Assembly: GCA_964016885.1 (NCBI GenBank)
Contig: OZ024744.1
Location: 52,390,001 to 52,454,000, forward strand
Length of the DNA stretch: 64,000 bases
DNA from: Eledone cirrhosa
Taxonomy: Eukaryota
Direction of reading: 5' to 3'
Below the pieces are notes generated by a model, which saw only the letters and a program-made list of their open reading frames with translations, was not told the DNA's origin and did not search any database. The translations under genes and the position numbers were made by a program. How positions within the stretch are numbered: position 1 is the first letter of the stretch; every line of letters starts with the position of its first letter. Shown piece by piece: positions 35,151 to 47,876 of the stretch.

Positions 35151-35933
35151 TAATTGAGAGACAATGTAGGGGAGGTAACTTATAATTATCGAGTTGTTCA
35201 TAGCAATTTAGCTTATTAGCTACAAGTAAAAATGGGGCTACATGACTAAGTTGGGTCAAAAATTCTATTGGCGAAGGAATTAGCCCTTCGATGTTGACAG
35301 CTAATAGTTACCCCCGTTCTATTCGTTAATCTGTCGAGGTCGTGATACAGTTATGTAATATTCTTCCGTAATACAGATATCACAAGATTTTTTCGTCCAT
35401 TGAACGGTTGGGCCCTAGCCACGATATCCCATTTTAGTGTGTGTTGAACGTTGTTTAATTTAAGGTTTTTAATGAGCCTAGCTAGCGATGTCGAACATCT
35501 GTTGCTAGGGTCTCGGAAGGAAAAAGAGTGCGCGTTATAGCGTACCTTAAAAGGGTTAGAGGTAGACCTGATATAAGAGCTGGTATTCGAAGCAGTCTTA
35601 ACCGCGCACTTATAGACTATGTTGGGTGTCAGGCAGTGTCCATTTAATGGGCATGCATTGGGGTAACGGCAGTTGCAGTTGCTTATGCGGTTAGTGAGAA
35701 TAGGGTTGTTTAACCTAAGCGGTAGGTCTGTGCTAGAAGGATTAGATTGGGGTGTGTGTGCTACTAGAGTAATTATTGGTGTAGTGGCGTGGTGTATTTG
35801 ATAGGGGTATGGGAGTTATACTATCTTAGCTTATGATGGTTACTGAACGCGATGCGGTTAGCTAGGTTAGGTGTTGTGGAGAATGAGATTTTAATGTTAT
35901 TTTTTATTAAAGAGTTTGTAATATCTATGGTTG
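35151..35933 (-). mobile_element. Penelope-like element 3' fragment (Cys linker + GIY-YIG)
   Basis: Manual translation CNCRYPNACPLNGHCLTPNIVYKCAV...SYIRSTSNPFKVRYNAHSFSF...LKWDIVARA; same type as 31466-31900. Confidence 0.85.
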
Positions 35934-35948
35934 AGGGGGGGGGGGTAC

Positions 35949-38630
35949 AGAGACGATCACGTCGATCGTGTTGCGGTTTGGGTGGAATCCACACTAGGCC
36001 TCAGGCAGGTTGTCCTCCGAGACGTTGGCGATGAGGCGGTTGAGCATGACCCGAGCCAGGACCTTCCCAGCGATGGATAGGAGAGAAATGCCCCGATAGT
36101 TGCCACAGTCAGTTTTGCTGCCTTTGTCCTTAAAAAGCGAGACAACTGTGGCATCCCTGAAGTCTTTGGGCGCCTCATCTTCCACCCATATGCTGACGAG
36201 AAGGGTGTGGAAGGTTCCCAGGGCAGCTGGACCAGCCGACTTGAAGATCTCGGCAGGAATCCCGTCGTTCCCAGGAGCCTTTCCTGAACTGGTCTGGTTG
36301 ATTGCCTTCGTGACTTCATCCAACATGGGGGGGGGGGGGGGGCGAGGCTGCCGACTACGGGCTTCTGTGTGATTTGGTCGAGGGCGGCAGGGTCGACAGT
36401 GGAGAGCTTGTTGACCAGGTTGCTGAAGTGCTCTCTCCACCTCGAATTGATGCTGCTCTTCTCCTTCAGCAGGTTCGAGCCATCAGCAGGCAGCAGCGGT
36501 CTGGTGACAGGCTTGGGGGTTCCGTAGTCGTCCCCGATGGCGCTGAAGAACATCTTGGAGTTCTTTGTGTCAGCGTATCTCTCGACTCCTTCGGCCTTCT
36601 TTTCCCACCACTTGTCCTGCATTCTGCGTAGCGCTGCTTGGCTCTGCATCCGGAGGTGCTTGAAGCGATTGCGCTTCGAGGTGGAGGAGCTGTCATTCTG
36701 CCACTCAGTGAAAGCCATCCTCTTCCCGTCCAGGTGTTGTCAGATGCACTCATCGTTTTCATCAAACCAGTCCTGCTGGACTCTCTTCCTCGGCCCAATG
36801 GTTGCGTTGGCTGGCTCTGTCACCAGCGACCTGAACTGGTCCCACTGTTGAGTTGGGCGTCCGGTCAGTGGTCCATGGGCAGTCAGCCGGCCGTCCAGGT
36901 GTTTCGCAGACGCATCACGATGCTCTGGCTGCTTGAGTCGTGCGACGTTGAAAACTGCTCTACAGACTTTCGGAGTCTAGCGATGCGTCAGGTGATGTGC
37001 AGTGACAGGATGGTCCTGACAAGGCGATGGTCGGTCCAACACTCTGCACCACGCATGGCCCTGGTGATTCTGACATCACGGATATCCCTCCTGCGGCATA
37101 TGGCAAAGTCAATCAGATCCAACTGTTTGAATCTAGGGTGCATCCATGTCGTCTTGAACTTGTCTGCCTGGCGGAACAGTGTGCTGGTGATGGTGAGGTC
37201 ACTCTCGGTGCCGAAACTCAACAGTATGAGGCCGTTAGAGTTCAGCTTCCCTGTGCCGTGAGGTCCCAGCACGCCTCTCCAGTTGCTGCTGTGAGACCCG
37301 ACTCTTGCGTTAAGTCCCCCAGTAGGATGAGTTTATCGCTTGAGAGGACGCCCTTCACTAGTGCGTTGAGTTCACGGTAGAAAGCGTCCTTTGCTTAATC
37401 GCTGCTGGCGAAGCGCTGCTGACTGTGACATGCCGAGATGGGTCGAGGGGTAAGCGGAGCTTCATCAGCCGCTCACTGACAGGTGCTGGGATGTCTGGTA
37501 GCTGCTTGCAGAGCAAAGTCTTAATGGCCAGGCCTACGCCGTGGATTCTGTCCTCGTCCTTTGCATTGCCCTTCCAGAAGAAGGTGTAGCCTCCTTTCGG
37601 TTCTGCTACTGATCCTTCTTCGGCGAGTCTATTCTCGCTGAGGGCGGCTAAGTCGATCCGGTAGCGAGCTAATTCCCTTGCTATGAGGGCAGTTCTACTC
37701 TCTGGCCTGAAGGAGGTTTCCCTATCCATGAGGGGGCACACATTCCATGCGCCAAGAATCAAGTTCATCTTTCTATTATGTTGGTTTCGACCGTTTGCAA
37801 GGGTAAAATCGTCAGCAGCGGTAGACTGGCCGGCTTTGTGTGAGACGAGTATTTGGTTAGGGCTCTTTTTATCGTCCCTCCCCTCGTGCGAGGGTGAGCA
37901 GTGCCCCCCTGAAAAGGGCTGCTCAGTCGCCCGGTGGAACGCCTGATCTTCTCTGTCATCCCAGGGTCAGGAGGAGAACGAATTGCGCATCCAGGCCGCC
38001 CACGAGTGGGTTTGAGACTGGCAACTACCAGAGGTTACCTCCACCTGTTACCTCCGCCTCTCGCCCATCGCCGTAGGGCTTTGGGAGTGCACGCTAAAGA
38101 GGAAACCTGTGCGGGAAAGGCTTATAGTGGGAGGGCCAGCGGACAGTGACGGTCCCATTCACTCGGCCGCAGGAGCCAGAATCCGGTGGTACGGAGGACC
38201 GTCACGACCAGGGACTTCCTTGGCTGCAGTGGATGGCCACGACGTCTGTAGTGCCCTGCCGTGCCCTAGCGCTCCACACCGTTTGCTGTTGCCGCCTTCG
38301 TGACTCTTGGGACGATGCTGTCCTCCTCCACCCACTCCGCCGGATCCAGTCTTCGCATGCAGTGGCAAGCATCCCCTATCTAACTCACCGAGGCGGGGAT
38401 GGGGGATGGGGGGGGGGGGTTCAGACACGTCCGATTACCCTTAACCTTGTTCATGCCACCAGCCGAGGCGGTTTACCAGTGTGTGGCCGCTGTCACATGC
38501 TACAGCTTCTTGGGGCCACAGGTAAAAGCTGAGTGTCAGGTGGGACCCAATGCAGGACGAGCTCTCCTGAAAAGGGCATGGCTAGCCCCTTCCTACAGAG
38601 GTACATGCCCCTCTCTGACACCCCAGGCAT
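35949..38630 (-). mobile_element. RTE-clade LINE (BovB-like), 5' UTR + APE + partial RT, 3' truncated
   Basis: LGAWNV, RELARYRIDLAALSE, GYTFFWKG, TTWMHPR, WTDHRLV, GKAPGNDGIPAE, NYRGISLLSIAGK; GC-rich 5' UTR at 37770-38630. Confidence 0.92.
38439..38624 (-). ncRNA. Candidate HDV-like ribozyme at the RTE 5' end
   Basis: P1 GGGGUGU/ACACACU (G1-U wobble, one mismatch); P2 cuuuuaccu/agguuaagg (imperfect); P3 GGC/GCC with CC in L3 and GG after P1; P4 ccgcc/ggugg; J4/2 CAUGAA. It begins at the element's 5' boundary. Confidence 0.5.
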
Positions 38631-38720
38631 ATACACACGTATATACATACACGTACATATGTATATGTGTATATACATATTTACACATTTTTACACATAT
38701 TTTTATATATATATATAAAG

Positions 38721-39099
38721 AAAATAACAGGAGGCTGGACTGGTGTAAATCCTTGAAAAGTTTATTATACTATGATCACTTCAATGACCGGGTTCCATAT
38801 GAATCCGGTGATATCATCAGGTATTCGAAATGTAACAAAGGAATATATAAAATCCATGGGTCCGAAATCAGAGACAGAGAGGACAACTGACCGAGGTGAA
38901 AGCTGACCGAGGTGAAAGCAGCTAGTTGGTCAGTTGTCCTCTCTGTCTCTGATTTCGGACCCATGGATTTTATATATTCCTTTGTTACATTTCGAATACC
39001 TGATGATATCACCGGATTCATATGGAACCCGGTCATTGAAGTGATCATAGTATAATAAACTTTTCAAGGATTTACACCAGTCCAACCTCCTGTTATTTT
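38721..39099. repeat. 172 bp-arm inverted repeat with an HHR-like motif in each arm
   Basis: Arms 38721-38892 and 38928-39099, with one mismatch seen. The 35 bp spacer overlaps a tandem ctgaccgaggtgaaag x2. Confidence 0.93.
38996..39053 (+). ncRNA. Hammerhead-like motif with GAAG core variant (mirror copy 38767-38824, - strand)
   Basis: AUAC-CUGAUGA-UAUCACCGG..CCGGUCAUU-GAAG-UGAUCA-UA^GUAU-AAUAAA. Confidence 0.7.
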
Positions 39100-39342
39100 A
39101 TAATAATTAACTCTGTATTCGCACCACCAACTACACAAACGAAGACGGGTGAACTGCACTACATTGAGTACTCTCCATAATATTACATCAATATTGACCG
39201 TACGGAATGACTAGTTCTATCCAGTGGTGAACCAACAAACCTATATATATATATATAAATGAAAATAGAGAAATTAATGTAAGCAAGAAACCGACAGTAA
39301 TTCAGACATATAAGATGAAAAAAAAAAAATATATATATATAA

Positions 39343-39392
<50 letters not shown>

Positions 39393-39394
<2 letters not shown>

Positions 39395-39506
39395 GGAACC
39401 AGTAAGACCCCGACAGCTGAGCTAAAGCCGTTTCGACGGCTAATTCTGGACAGAATTAGCCGTCGAAACGGCTTGAGCTCAGCTGTCGGGGTCTTACTGG
39501 TTCCTA
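39393..39506. repeat. 56 bp-arm near-perfect palindrome
   Basis: Arms 39393-39448 and 39451-39506, 2 nt loop, one mismatch; directly after (TA)n. Confidence 0.95.
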
Positions 39507-39583
39507 TTACCCACTCTACTACCCCAAGTATTGAATACTTTGGTGCGTTATGGTCCACCTGGTTCCTTACCACATTTCCTTCG

Positions 39584-39644
<61 letters not shown>

Positions 39645-39754
39645 ATATATACATTATATATATATGTATATATATATATGTATATATATACACAATATAT
39701 ATATATATATACATATACATTATACATATATATATACATTTTATATATTTATAC

Positions 39755-39847
<93 letters not shown>

Positions 39848-39977
39848 TATATATATATATACATTATATATATATATATAATCTATATATATATATATAC
39901 ATTAAATATATATATAATGTATATATATATATATATAATGTATATATATATAAAATGTATATATATATAATGTATAA

Positions 39978-42900
39978 ATCCAATCAAAAACTGCTCCCTG
40001 AACAAAAAAAAATCTTTCTTTCTTAGCCATGAACCTGGCAAAAGAGACAGGGAAAAACATTTTAGCCATCACTCAACACCAACCTTGCTGTCACTAACAC
40101 ACAATCTCAAAACAAGCCCTCTGCAACAGTCAACAGCAGCCACCAGTCTAGCCTTCACATTCTTACTCAATGCACAGAAATGAAAGATCCAATTCATTGA
40201 GGATTGGGTTGGTAACCATCCATTTCACATCCCCTTCTTCATTCTTACTGAGACCCACCTTGACAACTCCCACTTGGAGGCCGAGGTAAGAGTGAGAAAT
40301 TTCACAACCATCCGTGCGGATCGTGTTGGCAGAAGGAAGGGTGGAACTGCCATTTTCCTGCATGATTCCTTTACAGCAGATGGCAACACAACATTCTCTA
40401 ATGGATACTGTGAATCAGTCACTGTGCTCAATAAAGCCAATGACCTGAAATTAGTTGGGCTCTATAGGCCGCCAAAAACACCCATAATCTGTTTCAAAGA
40501 ATGCCTCACCAGTATTAAATCCTTTATTAAACAGTGCCATTCTAGCAACTTACTTTTGATGGGAGACTTTAATCTACCCTGTGTCGATTGGTCTACTTGT
40601 AGTTTGAAACCAGGCACCACAGTCTCAACCACTGACAAAGAGGCTGTTGAGTCACTTCTTGACTTCATGAATGAGTTTTTCTTGTCCCAACTTGTCCTTG
40701 CACCAACGAGGCATCAGAAGAACATTCTGGATCTAGTGTTTAGTAACTACACTAACACTATACATAATATTACAGTGGAAAAAACCCTTCTCTCAGACCA
40801 TGACATGGTTCTTTGTAACCTGAGATTCCACCAACCGAAAGCTAATCCCAGGGTCCTCTCTCCAGCCCACCCATTTGATAACATGGATCTCCAAAATGCC
40901 AACTAGGATGCAATTATGAAAGAACTATCACATGTCGACTGGTTTTTACATACACACACACTTCCACCAACATCAAAACATCTTGGCAGATCTTTGTAGA
41001 AACTGTCACAAATATATGTACAAAACACACCCCACCAAAACCTGTGAAAAAAACCAAGTGCAGTATCCCCCTAAACAGAAAAACAATTATCAGAAAAATA
41101 AAACGAACAAACAAAAAAATGAACACACTAAAATACTGCCAACAGCAATACACACATTCAATGGCTATCACCCTGCTTGAATCAAAAAAATATAACCTCC
41201 AGCAATGCATGATGACCATCATCAATAACCAGAGAATAGCTGAAGAGAGGTGGGCCATTGAGAAAATCAAACTCAACCCCAAAATGTTCTTCTCATTCGC
41301 TAAAAAAACACAAGGTCACCGTCTCAACTGTTGGCCTCCTAGTTGATGAAAATAGCACACTCCAGGACAATGTCAAAACCATGGGCGAGATACTGCAGAA
41401 ACAATACTGCTCTGTTTTCAACAACCCTGATATGGCTGATCTGGGCCGTATCAGTGATATTAACCCCCAACACACTATATAAGACATAACGTTTGGCGCC
41501 CCTGATGTCTTAGCGGCAATAAACGAAATTAAACACAATTTAGCAGTAGGCCCCGACAGGTTCCCTGCTTGTCTCCTGAAGGTGTGTCGACACCAACTTG
41601 CATCTCCTCTTGCTAATCTGTGGAGGAACTCACTGGACACTGGCTATATTCCTGAAAACTTTCTGTCCCAGTCCGTTGTCCCAGTCTTCAAAAAGGGAAA
41701 TAAGTCCCTTGCAGTGAACTACCGTCCGATCTCACTCACCTCTCATATTATCAAGGTATTTTAGAGGATGGTGAGATCAGGAATAACCCACTTTCTTGAA
41801 AGCAACGGCCTGCTGAACTCCAACCAACATGGATTCGGTAATAGAAGGGACTGCCTAACGCAGCTCCTGCATCACTTTGACGATGTTTTGAGAGCCTTGG
41901 GAGAGGGCTCCAACACTGATGTCATCTACTTGATTTCATCAAGGCCTTCGACAGGGTTGATCATAAGCATCTACTGAAAAAACTATCCAATGTTGGTGTC
42001 TCTGGAAGGTTACTACAGTGGATCAAATGTTTCCTGGCAGGCACATTGTTGTAGTCGAAGGAGTAAAATCAAGCCCTGTGTTGGGCCCACTACTTTTCAT
42101 CATCTACATTAATGACATTACTGACATCATCAAACACAGCAACATCAGAATCTTCGCAGATGATTCCAAGCTCCAAAGGGTCATCAATGAGATGGGTGAC
42201 CGGACTTGCCTTCAGTCAGACCTACTGGCTGTTATCCAATGGGCAGAGATGAATAATATGCTGTTGAATGAGGATAAATTTGAACTAATCTACTTTGGAA
42301 AAAAGGATGCCCTGAAACTACCATACTCCCTTCCTTCGGGTGAAACTCTGGTGGCTTCCAATAACATTAGAGCCCTGGGAGTAATTGTGGACAACAATAT
42401 AAGCTGGGCCACTCATATAAACAGCAAAGTTGATATGGCCCGCAGAATGTGTTCCTGGATTCTCAGAACTTTCCAGTCGAGAGATATCCACACTGTTGTC
42501 CTTCTCTTCTCCACTTTTGCCCGATCTCACCTTGAATACTGTTGTCCACTGTGGTCACCCCATACGAAATAAAGTATCATGAAAGTTGAAGCACCCCAAA
42601 GGTCAATTACAAAATAGATAGTTGGCATGACAGGCCTTGACTATTGGGGTCGATTAGAAAAGCTCAAACTTTTTTCTCTTCAACGTCGCCGTGAGCGCTA
42701 CATTATCTGTATGATGTGGAAAATATTCCATCAGCTTAGCCCAAATGGCAACACCTTTAGTGTACACCAAAGGCTTGGGCCCGGTGTTATCCGCCTACGA
42801 CAAAAATCCCACTCGCATTACATAACAACAAATCGGCACAATTATTTCACCTCAATTGGCCCTGCACTCTTTAACATTACACAAAACACATCAAAGCAGA

Positions 42901-43117
42901 GACAGACCCCATCAAGTTCAAGAAGTCTTTTGGATAAATTCCTTTAAGAAATCCCGGATAAGCCTCCTACACCCGGATATGCCTCCGTAAACAATAACTC
43001 TCTGCTCGAGTGGGCCATGGTGCCCAAACACTGATTTGTAAGACTTCGCCAGGTGGTGCTATTAAGTTAGACATGGACTGGGCCAATACTGGCCGAAACC
43101 TATCAAAGTTAAAGTTA
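39978..43117 (+). mobile_element. CR1-group LINE ORF2 (APE-RT), disrupted, inserted in (TA)n
   Basis: LTETHL, RADR..RKGGTA, YRPP, MGDFNLP, LDLVF, LSDH, NYRPISLTS, QHGF, KAFDRV, LGPLLFIIYIND, FADDSKL, LEYCCPLWSP, LQRRRER; tail aaagttaaagtt. Confidence 0.92.
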
Positions 43118-43139
43118 TATATATATAATATATATATAT

Positions 43140-44330
43140 ATTAATTTTGTCTCTCACTCTTTTAAGTTGTGAAATAGACTGGTTCTCTACGCACGTGGCT
43201 GACACATTTCAGCTCGCTACTATATTGCTCTATAATGGATAATCGCATTTAAAGTCCGTTAAAGGTTCTTGGCACTACCATTGTTACCATCGCTTTCCTC
43301 TAGCCATGGAGCTTGGAGACATGAGCCGAATGCTACCATTCTATTATACATCAATGTGAACTGCTATTTCTAATAGCCATCTTTTCACCTCTTAATTTTG
43401 TGTGTGAGACACGTTGGCTAGGCATTTCCCGGATAGAGGGCAGTCAATCCGATTCGTACGATGGCAGTTAGTACTAGCTACCAGGTTGCACGTGTTCCTA
43501 CAGCTAGGTAATTTAGCTAAATTTGAAGGAGTGATGTTATGTGCAAGGTTAGGAGACGTAGAGTGAGATATTTTAATGGTATTTCTATTAAACATTTTAT
43601 GATATTCATGCGCTGAGGGGAAATGCTTCTTAATAAGGGAGAGAAAGATCTTAGCTAATGGTATGGCCACCTCCATATTATATGGTGTATTATACCATAT
43701 AATGCGTCGGGGTCTATTTTTCCTTGGTCTATGCTCATACTTAGTATATGCTACCTTATCGACAAATCCACTCCGAGCAAGAGCTTCATTGTAATATGTG
43801 GAATGGTCGATGAAAATATGCTCGTTTGTATATAGTCGGGAAAGCCTCAAGGAAACGTTTCGTATCAGGTTCTTGGTTATGCTGGCAGGATAGTTAGAAT
43901 GCTTACTTATGTAATTAAGAGTATCATTCGGCTTTCTATACGAGTAGTGCAAGCCATTCTACAAATTGAGGGTAACGTCGAGGTAATTAACGACCGAGAG
44001 GTTGGCCTAAACCTGTATGGAGAGGTTGAAGCCTTTAAAGAAGGCTGTGAATTCTTTTCTGAACCTGTCGCACACGCGTGGGTCGCACTTTGTCAAAAAA
44101 CCGTCGTCACGGTACGAACCACCGCCCACATTGAGGAATTCTTCTTCGATAGAGAAAAGAAGGAAAAGGCCGATAAGATCAGTGACCTCCGCGGAATCGC
44201 TCGCGCCCATACTCACGTCGAATGGGGCAGTATTAGATTTTTTAATCCAAATAGAGTCGTCGAAATTAATCACCGACTTACGGGCATTGAGGATGACATC
44301 AACTTCGAAATTCGCTGGATAGTCAATTGA
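43140..44330 (-). mobile_element. Penelope-like element fragment (RT core, thumb, Cys linker)
   Basis: FDVSMGASDSAEV, YRDDG, YRKPND, IIWYNTPY, FNRNTIKIS, NC....DCPLSGKCL. Confidence 0.88.
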
Positions 44331-44373
44331 CTATCCAGGTATGTCAATATTTATTTATAAAACAAATCTCTAT

Positions 44374-44433
44374 TTTATCTGATGAAAGCGCACCATAATT
44401 CGCCTTGGTGCCCCTTGAAATATATATAATAAA
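44374..44433 (+). ncRNA. Type I hammerhead ribozyme, antisense at the 5' junction of the PLE
   Basis: UUUAU-CUGAUGA-AAGCGCACCA(10 nt)UGGUGCCCCUU-GAAA-UAUAUA-UA^AUAAA. Confidence 0.82.
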
Positions 44434-44573
44434 CTAATTATGGTTTTATAAATATAGCTTCTAATTATTAAATATTGTATATTTATTCCACTAAACTGTT
44501 GAGTGCTTTATGTCAGTTATAAAAATGTTAAGCTTGTTGAATCCCAACAAATTAAATATAACCTCTGCATATG

Positions 44574-44648
<75 letters not shown>

Positions 44649-44693
44649 CAGAGTTTTGTAGCTTACTCGATTGCTCGAAGCATTGTTTAATAG

Positions 44694-44806
44694 GAAACAG
44701 AAATTTAAATTTTGAAGACCAACACAATGCGTATGAAGACCGTTAAATTACCAAGATAACATTCTTCATACGCAGTGTTGGTCTTAAAAATTTAAATTTG
44801 TGTTTC
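44694..44806. repeat. ~45 bp-arm imperfect inverted repeat
   Basis: gaaacagaaatttaaattttgaagaccaacacaatgcgtatgaaga versus tcttcatacgcagtgttggtcttaaaaatttaaatttgtgtttc. Confidence 0.85.
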
Positions 44807-44827
44807 ACATCTATATTTATATAAAAG

Positions 44828-46630
44828 GTAAACAGAAATAACAACACAATCGGTACAGTATATGTAAGGGATATATTATGTTAACGCTTGATATAGCAGG
44901 AAGAAGTTATTAACGTTTCGGCCGCTAGTCCTTCATCAGAAGAAAGAATGAGAAATATGATAGATTGAGGGGACGGGCGGGTTGGCGTTGGAAAAAATAT
45001 CTTTAAATAAAAATAACAGGTCCATTCATGTTGACATCTCTTGCAAAACTGTTGGTGCTGGCGTTTTGTGTATAATCTGTTTTTTTTTAGAAAAGTGGAT
45101 GATGGAGCGCGTCTACCTGAAATGGAACAAAAACAGTTTTGTATAAAGAGCTAATCATGTGCGCGCGATGTATATGGACCCGAAAAGGGAACACCGGAGC
45201 GCATATACAACGTGGGTGGATGTGCAGGTGAACGAGTGGCGGATACGGAATGACCCGTTAGGGCCTGTGAGAGAGGTGAGGATGGAAACGAAAGGACAAG
45301 TGTTACAACGGGGACGAGAACAAGAATGAGAGCTCCTAGGAGAGGACGAGAATGAACTATGTACCAGGAAGTCGCGTAGATTACGGGCACACTTAAATGC
45401 GGTAATAGGTGGGTTAGGAAAAAGCGAGAAGTGACTGGGTCAGAAGAGAGGGTGCGGAAGGAACGGAGGATATGTCGTAGGAGAGGTAGGGTGAGAGGGA
45501 AATGAATGTGGGTGTTGAGAGGATGCTGGTAAGGTGAGAGGGCTGTGGTACGATCAGTTTCACGGGCGCGGGTGAGATCAGCTTGGATCGGAGGCGGGGG
45601 CTATCAAAGTTGGATGAAGCGTGAAACCATGCGAAGGGAATGAGTTTCGATATCGTAGTCCTGGCTACAGAGTCGATGAAGACGGAGGTATTGGGAATAG
45701 GGTATGGAGTGTTTCGTGTGGGTTGGATGGAAGAAGGTGAAGTCGGGGTAAGATTGGGAATCGGTCTGTTTATAGAAGATGGAAGTAGAGAGGGTATTGT
45801 TAGTGTAATCCATAGATAGAGAGATATCTAGGAAAGGGACAGAAGAATAGGAGTCGGGGGCGATGTAGGTGAGAGCAGGATGGACAGATTGGACAAAAGA
45901 TAGAAAACAGTCGAGTTGTTCACGTGTTAGACAGGTGGCGCCAATACAGTCGTCGATATAACGACCGTATAGCCCAGGAATCGGTCCAGCGTACTGGGAG
46001 AAGATCTGTGCTGCGACGTAGCCAACAAACAAGTCGGCATAGTTTGGACCCATTCTGGTTCCCATCTCTACCCAGAGACCTGTTGGCAGAACTCACCGGA
46101 AAAGGAAAAGCCATTGAGGGTCCAAATAAGCTCAGCCAGACGGAGAAGAGTGGTAGTGGTGGGGTAAGTGGTAGGGCGTAACATCTAAAAAGTGCTAGAG
46201 TGCGCGGAGGCCGTAATCATGAGGGATGACGGTATAGAGAGAGGTGATGTCCAGGGTAAAGAGAAGGCGGGAGGGGCCAGGAGGGAAGGAGAAGGAGTTG
46301 GAGAGTCTAAGGGCAGGATTTGTATCGTGGATGTGGGAGCGGAGATTGACGACCAACGGGGCGAAGAGGGTATCTAAGTATTCAGAGACGATTTCGGGGG
46401 GGGGGGGGGCAGTTGCCGGGATTATTATGTTTATGTATTTTAGGGAGGAAGTAGATGGCGGGTGTGCGAGGAGTGCGTACTCTAAGGTTGGTGACTGTTG
46501 GGGTAGGAGAGAGGAGGAGATGAGCTGGTGGATGGTTGAGGATATGAGTTGTTGGTAGCCAAGAGTAGAATCGGAGGAGAAAGGGCGGTAAAAATTGGTA
46601 TTGTGAATCTGGCGGATCAGCGAATCTGGT
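44828..46630 (-). mobile_element. Neptune-type Penelope-like element, truncated, with HHR-bearing 3' module
   Basis: FTLDITSLYTVIPH, MGTRMGPNYADLFVG, RYIDD, PFLDI, SIPYSQYLRL, C..PRCNTC, FTCTSTHVVYALRC. The HHR at 44908-44943 has single mismatches in stems I and II. Confidence 0.9.
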
Positions 46631-47432
46631 GTATATATATATATATATACACTCACACACACACACACACACACAATAAAAGACCAGACAACGATATGTA
46701 ATTATTACTGTGAACTTTAACAGCAATTGTTCATCAATACCGGGAGTCTTAAGAGATCGAGAATGTTGTACCGGCTAGAAAGCGGGTGGCTGGGTAGATA
46801 CACATCAATTGTTACACAACTCTTTCCTTTATCTATTTTTTCTTATTCATTTACATAGCTTTATTGTTTTTCTTTGTTTTTTTTTCCATTTCTTCATTCT
46901 TTCTTATTTTCGATCTTATTGTCTTCCTTTCTTTCTTATATTTATTTTGTAGCGGTCATTGTGATTCTCTTTCCTTTGTCTTTCCTTCTTTTTCCCCTTT
47001 TCTTTCTTTCTTTCTTTCTCTCTTTCTCCCCCCCCCCCTTTCTTTCTGTCTCTCCATGTGTCTCTTTCTGTCCTTTTTACTTCCCTTTTCCCCTTCTTTC
47101 TGAAATGGATCGATATTAACTTTATATCGTTTCTAATAAATCTCATTATGTCAGTCAGCTTCTCTGACAAAACAATCGATTCTCGAGATTGGATAATGCT
47201 GCTAAGCTGGGTTAACTGGTTAACCGTTATACTATACATATATACATATGTATCTATACACATGTAGATATACACATACATAATGCATATATACTTGCGT
47301 ACATCATACATACATACATCCAAACATATATGCATACATACATATACACACATATATATATGTGCTTACATCATGCGCATACATGCATACATACACATAT
47401 ATATACACATATACACACACACACGCACACGC

Positions 47433-47480
<48 letters not shown>

Positions 47481-47811
47481 GCATACACACAAATGTATGT
47501 GTGTGTTTAGGTGGGTAGTTAGGTGAGTAGTTGTATAGATAGTTAAATAAGGTGTCTGATGGGCAGTCATTGCATTTATTGAGTAGACCAGGTTTAAGGG
47601 GGTATTGCACTTATTTCCTTTAAGTAGCTCTTAGGTGAAACACCTTTCATTTCTACTTTACCTATTATTCTATCACATCAGATCGAAATATTGGAGTTCG
47701 AAACCGCAATGTTGTGGTTACCTCTAACAGCGTCCATGTGGATCGAACAACAAAACAAATTTCAGACAAATGACTATTATGGCAGTCGTCTAGTCTTAAC
47801 AAATGGCGATC

Positions 47812-47843
<32 letters not shown>

Positions 47844-47876
47844 TGATTTCATTTATTGGCCACAAGGGCCGACACC
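47812..47876 (-). mobile_element. Tx1 3'-terminal stub at (AAT)n
   Basis: (aat)n-gatgatttcatttattggccacaagggc matches the terminus at 1034-1060. Confidence 0.7.
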
